64,000 bases of DNA from an uncultured Bacilli bacterium (GTDB taxonomy: Bacteria > Bacillota_I > Bacilli_A > RF39 > UBA660), in the NCBI GenBank assembly GCA_934119965.1, contig CAKOTA010000005.1, positions 12,939-76,938 on the forward strand. The letters run 5' to 3'. The position numbers and the translations under genes are program-made. Below are positions 9,325-17,696 of the stretch, piece after piece. Position 1 is the stretch's first letter; each line of letters starts with the position of its first letter. The notes beneath the pieces are model-generated. The model was not told the origin of the DNA, ran no database searches, and saw only the letters and a list, made by a program, of their open reading frames with translations.

Positions 9325-10202
9325 TATATTACTCCTATTAGGTCAATTATGATGCCGCTTATTACCCCTATTCCATATACTGTGGATAATATTTCAAAGT
9401 TTTCTTTAATATCTTTATTTGTCTTGAATAGTATTAATATAGCTACACCACTTCCAGTTAATAGTCCTGCCATACACGAACCAAATGATATTGTATTATT
9501 TAAATATAATTCGGTTATGGCAACACTTGCACCACAATTAGGTATAAGTCCAATTAAACTTGATATAAATGAACTAAATATATTGTTTTTTAAAAATAAT
9601 TTTTCTATTGTTTCTTCACCAAGATATTCAAATCCTAAGTTTAATAAAAATGATATTATTATTATAAATATTGTTATATTTAATGTGTGTTTTAAAGCTG
9701 ATAAAAATATACTATGTTCACAATGACAATGATCGTGTTCACATAATTCTTTTATTTCTATTTTTTCTTTTTTTCTTAATAATAGATCAATTATAAACCC
9801 ACTAAACATTCCTATAAATACTTTTATTAGTAATATTTTTATAATTATTCCTATTTCTACATTATTACTTAGCATTATTGGAAGCATTTCATCACTTGTT
9901 GATAAATATACTGATATAAGTGTTCCTAGTGTAACTATTCTAGTAACATATAGATTTGTAATTGCTGCTCCAAAACCACATTGAGGAAATATTCCTAATA
10001 AACTACCAAACAGTGGTCCAAGTTTACCAGACGATGTTATTATTTTTTTATTATTTATTTTATGCTCAATTATTTCTATTAATATAAATGTTATTAATAA
10101 AAATGGCACTAATTTTAAACTGTCTATTAATGTATCTAATATTATTTCTTTCATTTTTATTTCCTTTCTAAATGCAAATTTATTGCATTTAGTATAACAC
10201 AT
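9324..10202 (-). CDS. Polytopic membrane protein with internal twofold repeat and His/Cys-rich loop (putative metal ion transporter)
   Basis: Two repeats carry P(Q/N)CGxxxAITxLY motifs. The central loop reads CEHDHCHCEH. The gene is co-operonic with the Fur-family regulator. Confidence 0.45.
   Translation of the reverse strand: MCYTKCNKFAFRKEIKMKEIILDTLIDSLKLVPFLLITFILIEIIEHKINNKKIITSSGKLGPLFGSLLGIFPQCGFGAAITNLYVTRIVTLGTLISVYLSTSDEMLPIMLSNNVEIGIIIKILLIKVFIGMFSGFIIDLLLRKKEKIEIKELCEHDHCHCEHSIFLSALKHTLNITIFIIIISFLLNLGFEYLGEETIEKLFLKNNIFSSFISSLIGLIPNCGASVAITELYLNNTISFGSCMAGLLTGSGVAILILFKTNKDIKENFEILSTVYGIGVISGIIIDLIGVI
10166..10186. promoter_or_regulatory. Palindromic operator candidate (Fur/Zur-box-like) overlapping the -10/TSS of the transporter-Fur operon
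   Basis: The sequence AAATGCAAAT-TT-ATTGCATTT is a 9-1/2-9 inverted repeat. It sits immediately downstream of a TATACT -10 and upstream of RBS AAAGGAAAT and the ATG at 10202. Confidence 0.4.
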
Positions 10203-10274
10203 ATATTTTTTTTAGACAATATTTTGGGTTTACTTTGAATATTAATAATGTTATAATTTTTTTCAGGTGATATT

Positions 10275-10646
10275 ATGCAATCTACACACTACTTTCTAAC
10301 ATTTGGTGTTAACGAAGGTTTTTCTAAAAATAATACGGAAGCTAATAAATTAGAGATTGGCGAAAAGATTAAAGAGTTGACTGATGAAGTTGAGAATGAA
10401 ACTGGTATTTATGTGTCTGGTGTTTTAATCAAAAATTCGGCTTTATATAAGAATGAATGGGATTGCCCATATGGTGGTGAGGTTACTTTCACTTATATGG
10501 GTGACCGAAATAATAATTTTTGCCATGATGATAAAGCGTATAGAGAAGCTGTCGTAATGCTTGCGACTAAGATTAAGAAAGAATTTAAACAGGAAGAAAT
10601 AATTGTTTCTTTTACACATTCTGATCTAGTTTATATTGATGATTAA
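10275..10646 (+). CDS. Hypothetical protein
   Basis: A 123-aa ORF is followed by an intrinsic terminator hairpin GAAACT-TTTAG-AGTTTC plus a T-run at ~10647-10675. Confidence 0.4.
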   Translation: MQSTHYFLTFGVNEGFSKNNTEANKLEIGEKIKELTDEVENETGIYVSGVLIKNSALYKNEWDCPYGGEVTFTYMGDRNNNFCHDDKAYREAVVMLATKIKKEFKQEEIIVSFTHSDLVYIDD

Positions 10647-10741
10647 GAAACTTTTAGAGTTTCTTTTTTATTTGTTATAAAGCAATTAATCATCATAAAA
10701 ATTTCTTAATAAATTATAGTGAGAAGGAATAAAACGATGTA

Positions 10742-12083
10742 ATGTATGAATATACTGATCAAAAAAAATTAGGTACTAATGATACTATATATGTTACTTC
10801 TTCTTATACCTCTAATGTCACCCTAAAAAATATAAAGGTTAATGGTTATAATTATTATGGAATTATTTATGTTCCTGAGGCAAGTGCCTATAAGAATACA
10901 GTTATCGAATATAATAATGTTACTTATAATGGCCCACAAATGAGCTTTAATCCTGTGGGAACTACTAGATTTATAGATTGTATTATTAATTATTCAAGAT
11001 AGTTATGCAAGTGGTAACGAGGTTGCAGAATGCAATAAAATTGAAATTGGTGGACATTCTACTATTACTCATAGTTCAACTGGTAATTCCTCTTTTTGGT
11101 TTCGTAATGATAATCCTTCTTTTACTATTTTAAAAGATGCTTCTTTTTCTGTTACTATATATAATGGACTTACATATGGAAATTATGGAACCAGGCAAAC
11201 TCTAATTGATGAGAATGCAAGTTTTTCTATCAAGCAAACTAATCGAAATGGTTCATATTCAACTTGGTATAGTTATGGTACTATTACTTTAAATAAAAAT
11301 TCCTCATTAGTTATAATAAATAATTACGAAAATATTAGTTCTAATAATTATAATATTTATTTTCAAGGTAAACGGTCTGGTCTTATTTTTAATGGTCCTC
11401 GTAATGTTTTCCTTTATAATAGTAACGCTAATATAATTAATACGACTGATGTTATTCCTTTTTCTTTTTCATTCTCAAGATTAAATTTATTTGATAAAGC
11501 AGTTAATTATTCAGATAATATTTCAAAGGATAGTCTTCCTACTTATTCTTGGTATAAAAGTGTTGATTTATCTAGTGTAAGTGGTACTTTTAATGGAACG
11601 ACAACAACTATTACTAATAATAATTATACTGAGGAAAAATTAAAGATTTTACCGAGTTTAAGTAATTTTATTTTTTCTAATAAAAAGTCTTTATCTATAG
11701 GAAATCTGTTGCTTCATATCAATTCTTTAACCGATTCTGACACTATTATGAAGGGAATAACTACTCCTAAGGCATCTATTTTAATTGAATATAATGATGT
11801 AAGTGTTGTAGTTGTTGCTGCTGATGATGGAAATTTTAGTTATACTTATAATGATACTTTACCAATTGGAACTAACATAAATTTTACTGTTAAAATGTAT
11901 GAAAGTTTAATTTATACTAGTAAAGAAATTCAAATTGTATATACTGGTGAAAATAATGGCGGTAGTGTTAAAATAACTAATATTTCTTGGAGTGAAGATA
12001 AAGGAATTCTTTTAAAGTTAAATAATCCGTTAGAAAATAATACCAAATATAGTGCAGAGATTACTTGGATTTTAGAAGAATAA
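10742..12083 (+). pseudogene. Frameshifted ORF encoding an Asn/Ser/Thr/Tyr-rich repeat (beta-helix/adhesin-like) protein fragment
   Basis: Frame 2 (10742-11002) stops at TAG 11000-11002. Frame 0 is continuously open from 10977 to the TAA at 12083 and contains the track ORF at 11709-12083. The frame switch lies between ~10977 and 10999. There is no signal peptide. Confidence 0.5.
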
Positions 12084-12085
12084 AA

Positions 12086-12113
12086 ATCACTTAATTTAAA
12101 GTGATTTTTTACA
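12086..12113. terminator. Bidirectional intrinsic terminator between convergent genes
   Basis: The hairpin AAAATCACTT-AATTT-AAGTGATTTTTT is flanked by an A-run on one side and a T-run on the other. Confidence 0.5.
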
Positions 12114-12855
12114 TTATTCCATATTCTCTAACAAATTTTATTTTATGTTTTTGTTTATTTTTTGCTTCAGTGGCTTGATTTAATGTTTCGATGTTTTTAC
12201 CAATATATTCGTTTAAATATTTTTTAAAGTAATATAAAAATTCTTTTATATTAGTATCTTTTTCAATATACATTTCATTTAATGTTTTATTTTTTTCAAC
12301 AAATTCATTAAAGTATGAATCTACTAAAAATAATTTTATTCCTATATTAAAGTTATATCTATTTTGTTTAAGAAGTTCATTATAGTTTAAGTCTGAATAA
12401 CAATATTCAGCTGTATCAATTATTTCTATTTTTCTGTTTCCATACATTGTATTATATAGTACATCATATGTTAAGATTCCATAGTCACTTATTATTTTAA
12501 TATCTTCTTCTACTTTTTCTACTGCTTGTATAAAATTATCTAGTTTTATTTTTAAAGGATTTATTTTATCTATCGTTTGTCCTTTTACAAGTGGACAAAT
12601 ATATCCTATTACTTTGTTATCTAATAACACTGCTTCTTCTATAAATATGTATGTTTTATTTTTACAATTTTTAAATTGCAATAATTCTTTTTCTTCTATT
12701 TCATAGTAATATTCATCATATTCAAAAACATCGTGAAATATTTTAACTACTTTTGACATTTTTGGATCATAATACGCTGTTCCTTGGGAACCGTCACCTA
12801 TTATCTTAAGTTTATTTATATAATTTATAAATTCTTGTTTATTTTTTACTTCCAT
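12109..12855 (-). CDS. Protein-kinase-like fold protein (atypical kinase)
   Basis: A glycine-loop-like IGDGSQGTAY, a VVKIF (VAIK-like) lysine and a YDVLYNTMYG...IIDTAEY catalytic/DFG-like region indicate a kinase-like fold. The gene overlaps the upstream gene by 10 nt. Confidence 0.5.
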   Translation of the reverse strand: MEVKNKQEFINYINKLKIIGDGSQGTAYYDPKMSKVVKIFHDVFEYDEYYYEIEEKELLQFKNCKNKTYIFIEEAVLLDNKVIGYICPLVKGQTIDKINPLKIKLDNFIQAVEKVEEDIKIISDYGILTYDVLYNTMYGNRKIEIIDTAEYCYSDLNYNELLKQNRYNFNIGIKLFLVDSYFNEFVEKNKTLNEMYIEKDTNIKEFLYYFKKYLNEYIGKNIETLNQATEAKNKQKHKIKFVREYGIM

Positions 12856-13826
12856 AATATTTTATTCCTTATTGATTGATTTTCTTTTATCTTTTGCAAC
12901 ACAAATTCATTGGCTTCATTTAATTCATTTAAATTATATTTTGTTTTTTTAGATAGTTTTTTTAGAGATATATTTTTAATGTAGTATTGTTCTAATACAT
13001 AGTTAACTATATCACTATTATCTTGAAATAATTTTTTTAATTCTGCTAATACCATTATTCTCCAATAATATTTTCTGTCTGGCGATAATTTATAATATTC
13101 TTCTGTTAATAAGTCATTTAATAATAACTCATATTGTAGTGGAGCTAAGACTGCTACAATTTTTTCTTTCGGAACTCTATTATAATAAATTACTTCTTTA
13201 TCTGATATTGAATAATTGAAACCACTATAATATACACTAGTTGGCGTTTTATCGGAATTAATCATAAATTCTTTATTTTCATTTATTTTTTCTCTGGAAC
13301 TTAGATCAAATGCAATTAAAACATTATCGTTGATTTGATCAAAAATTTTATTTATTTTACTTTCAACAACAACTACATTATTCTTTTCTTGTTCTTTATA
13401 ATAATGTTTTGTTTTTTCTAAATCTGTAGAAAAAGAAATCCAAGAATAATCCTTACCACTTCCGTTAGTAATATGGGCATTTTTGGTTGAAAGAATATCA
13501 TTAAATTGTCTTAATGCTTTTATATCATTAGTGGATATTAATTTTTTTAATATATTATCTATTTGTTCTTGATTTATATTTGCTTTATCTATTATTTCGG
13601 GAATATGAAGATTAATCACAAAGTTATTTCTTATTTCACGATATATTGAATTTAATTCTTGATTAGTCATTTGTGAAAGCGGATTATTTTTTTTGTGAAA
13701 ATTTGAATATAATAACAATTCATAGTCAGAGTATATTATTTCATCAATTATGGATTTTGCTATTAAACCATTTTTAGTTGGATCTATTTTTTCATCTAAT
13801 TCATTAATTGCTCTATAAATATACAT
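12846..13826 (-). CDS. Hypothetical protein (partner of the kinase-like gene)
   Basis: The 326-aa ORF is driven by a consensus promoter TTGCAT-17-TATAAT and RBS AAGGGGGAAG at 13827-13870. Confidence 0.45.
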   Translation of the reverse strand: MYIYRAINELDEKIDPTKNGLIAKSIIDEIIYSDYELLLYSNFHKKNNPLSQMTNQELNSIYREIRNNFVINLHIPEIIDKANINQEQIDNILKKLISTNDIKALRQFNDILSTKNAHITNGSGKDYSWISFSTDLEKTKHYYKEQEKNNVVVVESKINKIFDQINDNVLIAFDLSSREKINENKEFMINSDKTPTSVYYSGFNYSISDKEVIYYNRVPKEKIVAVLAPLQYELLLNDLLTEEYYKLSPDRKYYWRIMVLAELKKLFQDNSDIVNYVLEQYYIKNISLKKLSKKTKYNLNELNEANEFVLQKIKENQSIRNKILWK

Positions 13827-14153
13827 ATAATCTTCCCCCTTTATTGGCTTGATATTATATACCTTATTTTTCAGAAATGCAAGTTGAAATAAAAATTTTA
13901 ATCTTCTGTTTTAAAGGTGTCTTCTTTTCTTCATTATTCGATAAAAAATAATTTGCTGAAAAACGATGGGCCTTACTTTATCAAAATATCCTATATGTGA
14001 AAATAAAACATTTTTGTAAAATTTTTTCTTATTTGTTCCCATTTCTTTAGAATGCAACTCATCACTCCTGCAATTTTTCAAAGTCGTCTTTTATTATTAA
14101 AATAACTTTTTTATCAATTCAAATATTACTTTTATAATTCAAAGTATATTTTT

Positions 14154-15665
14154 CTATTCTGTAGTTATTTTATATTCACCACTTTGAATTATTTCATTAT
14201 TATTTGCAAATTCATCAAAGGAAATGTCATAACAATTATTTTTATTATTATCACACAATTGGTATATAGTTTCGTATTTATTAATCCAATTACCATATCC
14301 TTCACTATCATTATATTCACAATACCATTGGTTTCTATCTATTTTTTTAGTACAATTATGCTCCCCACAAATAAAATATTTATTTTCATATAAAGTTGTA
14401 TCTACAGGAGTTTCTCCCTCATCTAAAATTATATGAGTTGGAATAGCATTTGGTTTTAATAAATTAATATCAATTAATTTGAATCCATATATATCACATC
14501 TTATCTTAGTATTATATTCAATATCAGCTGTAGTTTGGGGAATTACTACTGTAGAATACTTAACATCATTAATATATATATATCCAATAGGATTAGTAAT
14601 AACAACTAATTCATTATCAACACCAACTTTTATATTAAACTTTTTCAAAACTCTTGCAATTTTACTCAATTTAGGTGTTATTTCAGTATTCCATACTCTA
14701 GCAATAGTCATTTTATCAGTCATACTTTTTGATTCTTCATCAGTATAGGAATGGATAGTAAAGTCTTTCTTTATATTACACTCCAATTCTTCGTTATTCA
14801 TATTACATTCATAAACAATACCATAATCTTCATCTTTTTTTAATTCTTCCCAAAGATTAACATAATAATTATCATTACTATTTTTTATTTGTTCATTATT
14901 TTTAATATTAGATAACAGATTACTTTTAGTACTACTATCTATATACTCAATAGAAATATAATCTTTTTTCTTAATTTCAACCTTATCGGTAGTTTTTATT
15001 TTAACACCATTAGATGTATCATATCCCTTTTCTTTAGATAGTTTATATAGATTATTAACACTTTCATCAATAGTTTTACCTTTAACATCTATTTCATTAT
15101 AAATCTCAATACAATCATCATTTAAACAGGCAACATCATTAACTTTGCCATTTTTAATAGTTAATACAAATGATGGATTAATTTCTATAAATACATAACT
15201 GATTTTTTCTTTTTCAATGTTGCTAATATTATCTTTAAATTTATTTATTTTTATATTAGTTATAAAATTATTAATAAAATATTTAACAAATAATAGTAGA
15301 ACAATAACTAATAATATTTTTCTAAATATATGTTTTTTCTTCTTAAATTCTATAACTACAAATCCATATTTATTTATATCATCATTATTGTAATTTTCTA
15401 TTAAACTATTATAATCAAAATTTTCTTTTTTCTTAAATCCTAACTCTTTTTTTTCTACATTTTTAGATAATTCATCTAAATTAGAGTAAAATCTAATGGC
15501 ATTTACTTTTTTATTAAATCTATCTACCTTTGCTTGAAGAGTTATTTTACTATTATTCTTCATTTTTTTAAAATCTTCATTATTATTTAAACGAATTAGG
15601 ATGGTTTGCTTACCTGATTTAATTTTTCTAAATTCTGTTTTTGAAACATTTATTTTACAGTTCAT
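14154..15665 (-). CDS. ASCH-domain N-terminus fused to a single-pass membrane protein with large Cys-containing ectodomain
   Basis: The N-terminal ~100 aa (ISVSKTEFRKIKSGKQTILIRL...) has an ASCH-like pattern, followed by a TM helix (ILLVIVLLLFVKYFI) and a ~370-aa extracytoplasmic region. Confidence 0.45.
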   Translation of the reverse strand: MNCKINVSKTEFRKIKSGKQTILIRLNNNEDFKKMKNNSKITLQAKVDRFNKKVNAIRFYSNLDELSKNVEKKELGFKKKENFDYNSLIENYNNDDINKYGFVVIEFKKKKHIFRKILLVIVLLLFVKYFINNFITNIKINKFKDNISNIEKEKISYVFIEINPSFVLTIKNGKVNDVACLNDDCIEIYNEIDVKGKTIDESVNNLYKLSKEKGYDTSNGVKIKTTDKVEIKKKDYISIEYIDSSTKSNLLSNIKNNEQIKNSNDNYYVNLWEELKKDEDYGIVYECNMNNEELECNIKKDFTIHSYTDEESKSMTDKMTIARVWNTEITPKLSKIARVLKKFNIKVGVDNELVVITNPIGYIYINDVKYSTVVIPQTTADIEYNTKIRCDIYGFKLIDINLLKPNAIPTHIILDEGETPVDTTLYENKYFICGEHNCTKKIDRNQWYCEYNDSEGYGNWINKYETIYQLCDNNKNNCYDISFDEFANNNEIIQSGEYKITTE

Positions 15666-15763
15666 TATATCAACCTCTCATATTTTAATGGCTTATTATA
15701 TTTAATGCATTCTTTATACCATTCTTTTTCAGACATTTTAACACCTTCACTAAAAATATTTTA

Positions 15764-16549
15764 TCATATTTTTCTTTTTTTGAATATATTTAATCTTTCA
15801 CAAAAGCGTTCTATTTGTGGCAAAAAAGAATTTACAATAATTACTATTCCTAATATCAACACACGTGTTGTATACTTAAATTCTATAACTATTGATTGAT
15901 TTTGTGAATATTGTGAAATTATTTTCTCAACACCAACAAACGATATCAATATAAATACGTTTAATAAAGTCTGCATTATTTTATAAATTAATTCAAAATT
16001 TTTATTATTTTCATTTATATTTTTCTTATATCCATTATGTATAGTCGTTAGTACAAAGAATAAATATGACCCAATTAATCCTATAGTTAAATCATTATTT
16101 TTTCTAATAAAAACTAGTAATGTAAAAAATAGCAAATTCAAAATAAAATTATCTCGAATAAATTTTATTAATTCATCTAAAAAAGTTTTTATACAAATTT
16201 TAAATTTCAAACATCTAGTACTAAAGTAGTTGATAAATATTATTAATGCAAAAAATATACTAAAATATAATATATTTAAAAATACTATTTTTATATCATT
16301 TTCATTGGATGTTACTTCCCATAAAACAATATCTACCAAGTAAACTATAATAAAAATCTTAACTATTTCAATTAGAACTCTAGAAATATATTTTAAATCA
16401 TTCTTTAGTTTATCATCTTTACCTTTATCAATTATAAGATTAATCAAAATTGATAATGTTATTGGAAAACCGAACAATAGAATAAAATAAATAATGTATA
16501 ACATCAAACACACTCCTTTACATAAACATAAGTAACTGCAACGGTACAA
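15764..16549 (-). CDS. Polytopic membrane protein, hypothetical
   Basis: The ORF has about 8 predicted TM segments. The likely true start is MLYIIYF at ~16504 with RBS AAGGAG. It is co-directional and immediately downstream of the small Cys/His peptide gene. Confidence 0.45.
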   Translation of the reverse strand: MYRCSYLCLCKGVCLMLYIIYFILLFGFPITLSILINLIIDKGKDDKLKNDLKYISRVLIEIVKIFIIVYLVDIVLWEVTSNENDIKIVFLNILYFSIFFALIIFINYFSTRCLKFKICIKTFLDELIKFIRDNFILNLLFFTLLVFIRKNNDLTIGLIGSYLFFVLTTIHNGYKKNINENNKNFELIYKIMQTLLNVFILISFVGVEKIISQYSQNQSIVIEFKYTTRVLILGIVIIVNSFLPQIERFCERLNIFKKRKI

Positions 16550-16617
16550 GTACAGGTTGGACTTAATGTTCCATCTTTACAGATTTATCTTCCCGAACTA
16601 CTGCAACCACTAACTCC

Positions 16618-16710
16618 TCAATGGTGAGAACAACACCCTCTTGCTGCTTCGATTTTCAAAGGTGAAAACAACATAACACATATTAAAACTAAGAATATCT
16701 TTTTCTTCAT
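16618..16710 (-). CDS. 30-aa secreted Cys/His peptide precursor (signal peptide + RGCCSHH)
   Basis: This ORF is not in the track because it is under 60 aa. The product is MKKKIFLVLICVMLFSPLKIEAARGCCSHH with RBS GAGGTAGGTG 5 nt upstream and a TTGACA-17-TATGAT promoter upstream. The conserved leader hairpin precedes it. Confidence 0.35.
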   Translation of the reverse strand: MKKKIFLVLICVMLFSPLKIEAARGCCSHH

Positions 16711-16729
16711 ATTAACACCTACCTCTAAC

Positions 16730-16778
16730 AAAAAAACGCCAATACAAAATCTATTAATCATAGACCTGTACTAGCGTC
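16730..16778 (-). promoter_or_regulatory. Conserved 5' leader hairpin + U-tract (attenuator/terminator-like), copy A
   Basis: On the minus strand the sequence reads GACGCUAGUACAGG-UCUAU-GAUUA-AUAGA-UUUUGUAUUGGCGU-U7 and sits directly 5' of the RBS. It shares CGCCAATACAAAA and CCTGTACTAGCG blocks with the copy at 20066-20114. Confidence 0.45.
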
Positions 16779-17384
16779 ATCGTTCATTAATTGTCTATAT
16801 TATATATCAAAATACAAAATTAAACAAATATTTTATTCAAAATTTCTATTTAACATCATAAATTACAATTATTTTCTTGACAAAACTATTAGTTTTTTAA
16901 CTTTTTTCAGCAGTTTTGTCAAATGTTTTATTTCATCACATATTTTTTTAGTTATCTAATAATGCTAGACAACTAAAACCATAGTTATAAAATATACTCT
17001 AAGTTGGTGACGAATCGTCAACGACTCAATTTTTGCAGGTAAAAAAATGAAACTCACTGAACATTTTTTCAAAAAAGATTTATCATAATATTAAATAAGT
17101 ATATTATTTTTCAATCAGCTATAAATTGTTCTCGATTAATTTCTTAATTTTATGTGCACAAAATTGTAACAAAAAATATTTAATAGACTTCAAATCCTTT
17201 AATACAAACAAAAACGAGAGCTTTTGCTCTCTTCAGGGGGAAATATTATTATCAGTTCGTAACAATTTAATAATTTGTTAAAGTCTTATAAAATAAGGCT
17301 TTTTATTTTATCAAAATTTACTAAATTTTATAAAAATAACTTTATTTTTGCGGTTTAGTATCTAGTTTTGGTATCTGGAATTAT

Positions 17385-17696
17385 TTATACATTAGTTTCA
17401 ACATTTTCTTCTTCAAAATCATTAATTCCTGTGACAATCTTTTCAATAACCTCAATTATATTACTGTATACAGCATTTGAAAGTTTATCATCGTCACCAA
17501 ATGAAGCATCTTTATCTATCTTAATATTATCTCCTTTTTCAAAATTTGAAAACAACGCATCATATAATTTTTTTCCATCAACACTTAATGTGCTTTTAGA
17601 AATTTCAAATATTTCTTCTGTCCCATTGTTAATTGTATATTTATCACTTTTATTATACATCGTATATGTTTTTGTCATATCTTTTCCACCTTTCAT
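17385..17696 (-). CDS. Small acidic protein, partner of PHP-ATPase (overlaps its 3' end by 44 nt)
   Basis: The 103-aa ORF is overlapped by the 797-aa gene on the same strand. A hairpin GAGAGC-AAAA-GCTCTC plus T-run terminator follows at ~17215-17240. Confidence 0.4.
   Translation of the reverse strand: MKGGKDMTKTYTMYNKSDKYTINNGTEEIFEISKSTLSVDGKKLYDALFSNFEKGDNIKIDKDASFGDDDKLSNAVYSNIIEVIEKIVTGINDFEEENVETNV

Noticed and set aside
13900-14150. Short minus-strand ORF (23 aa, MSCILKKWEQIRKNFTKMFYFHI) and hairpins in the 330-bp intergenic region.
   Set aside because: The ATG is only 3 nt from a poor SD and there is no terminator or promoter pairing. The region is best explained as the 3' UTR of the ASCH-membrane gene plus the promoter of the downstream gene.
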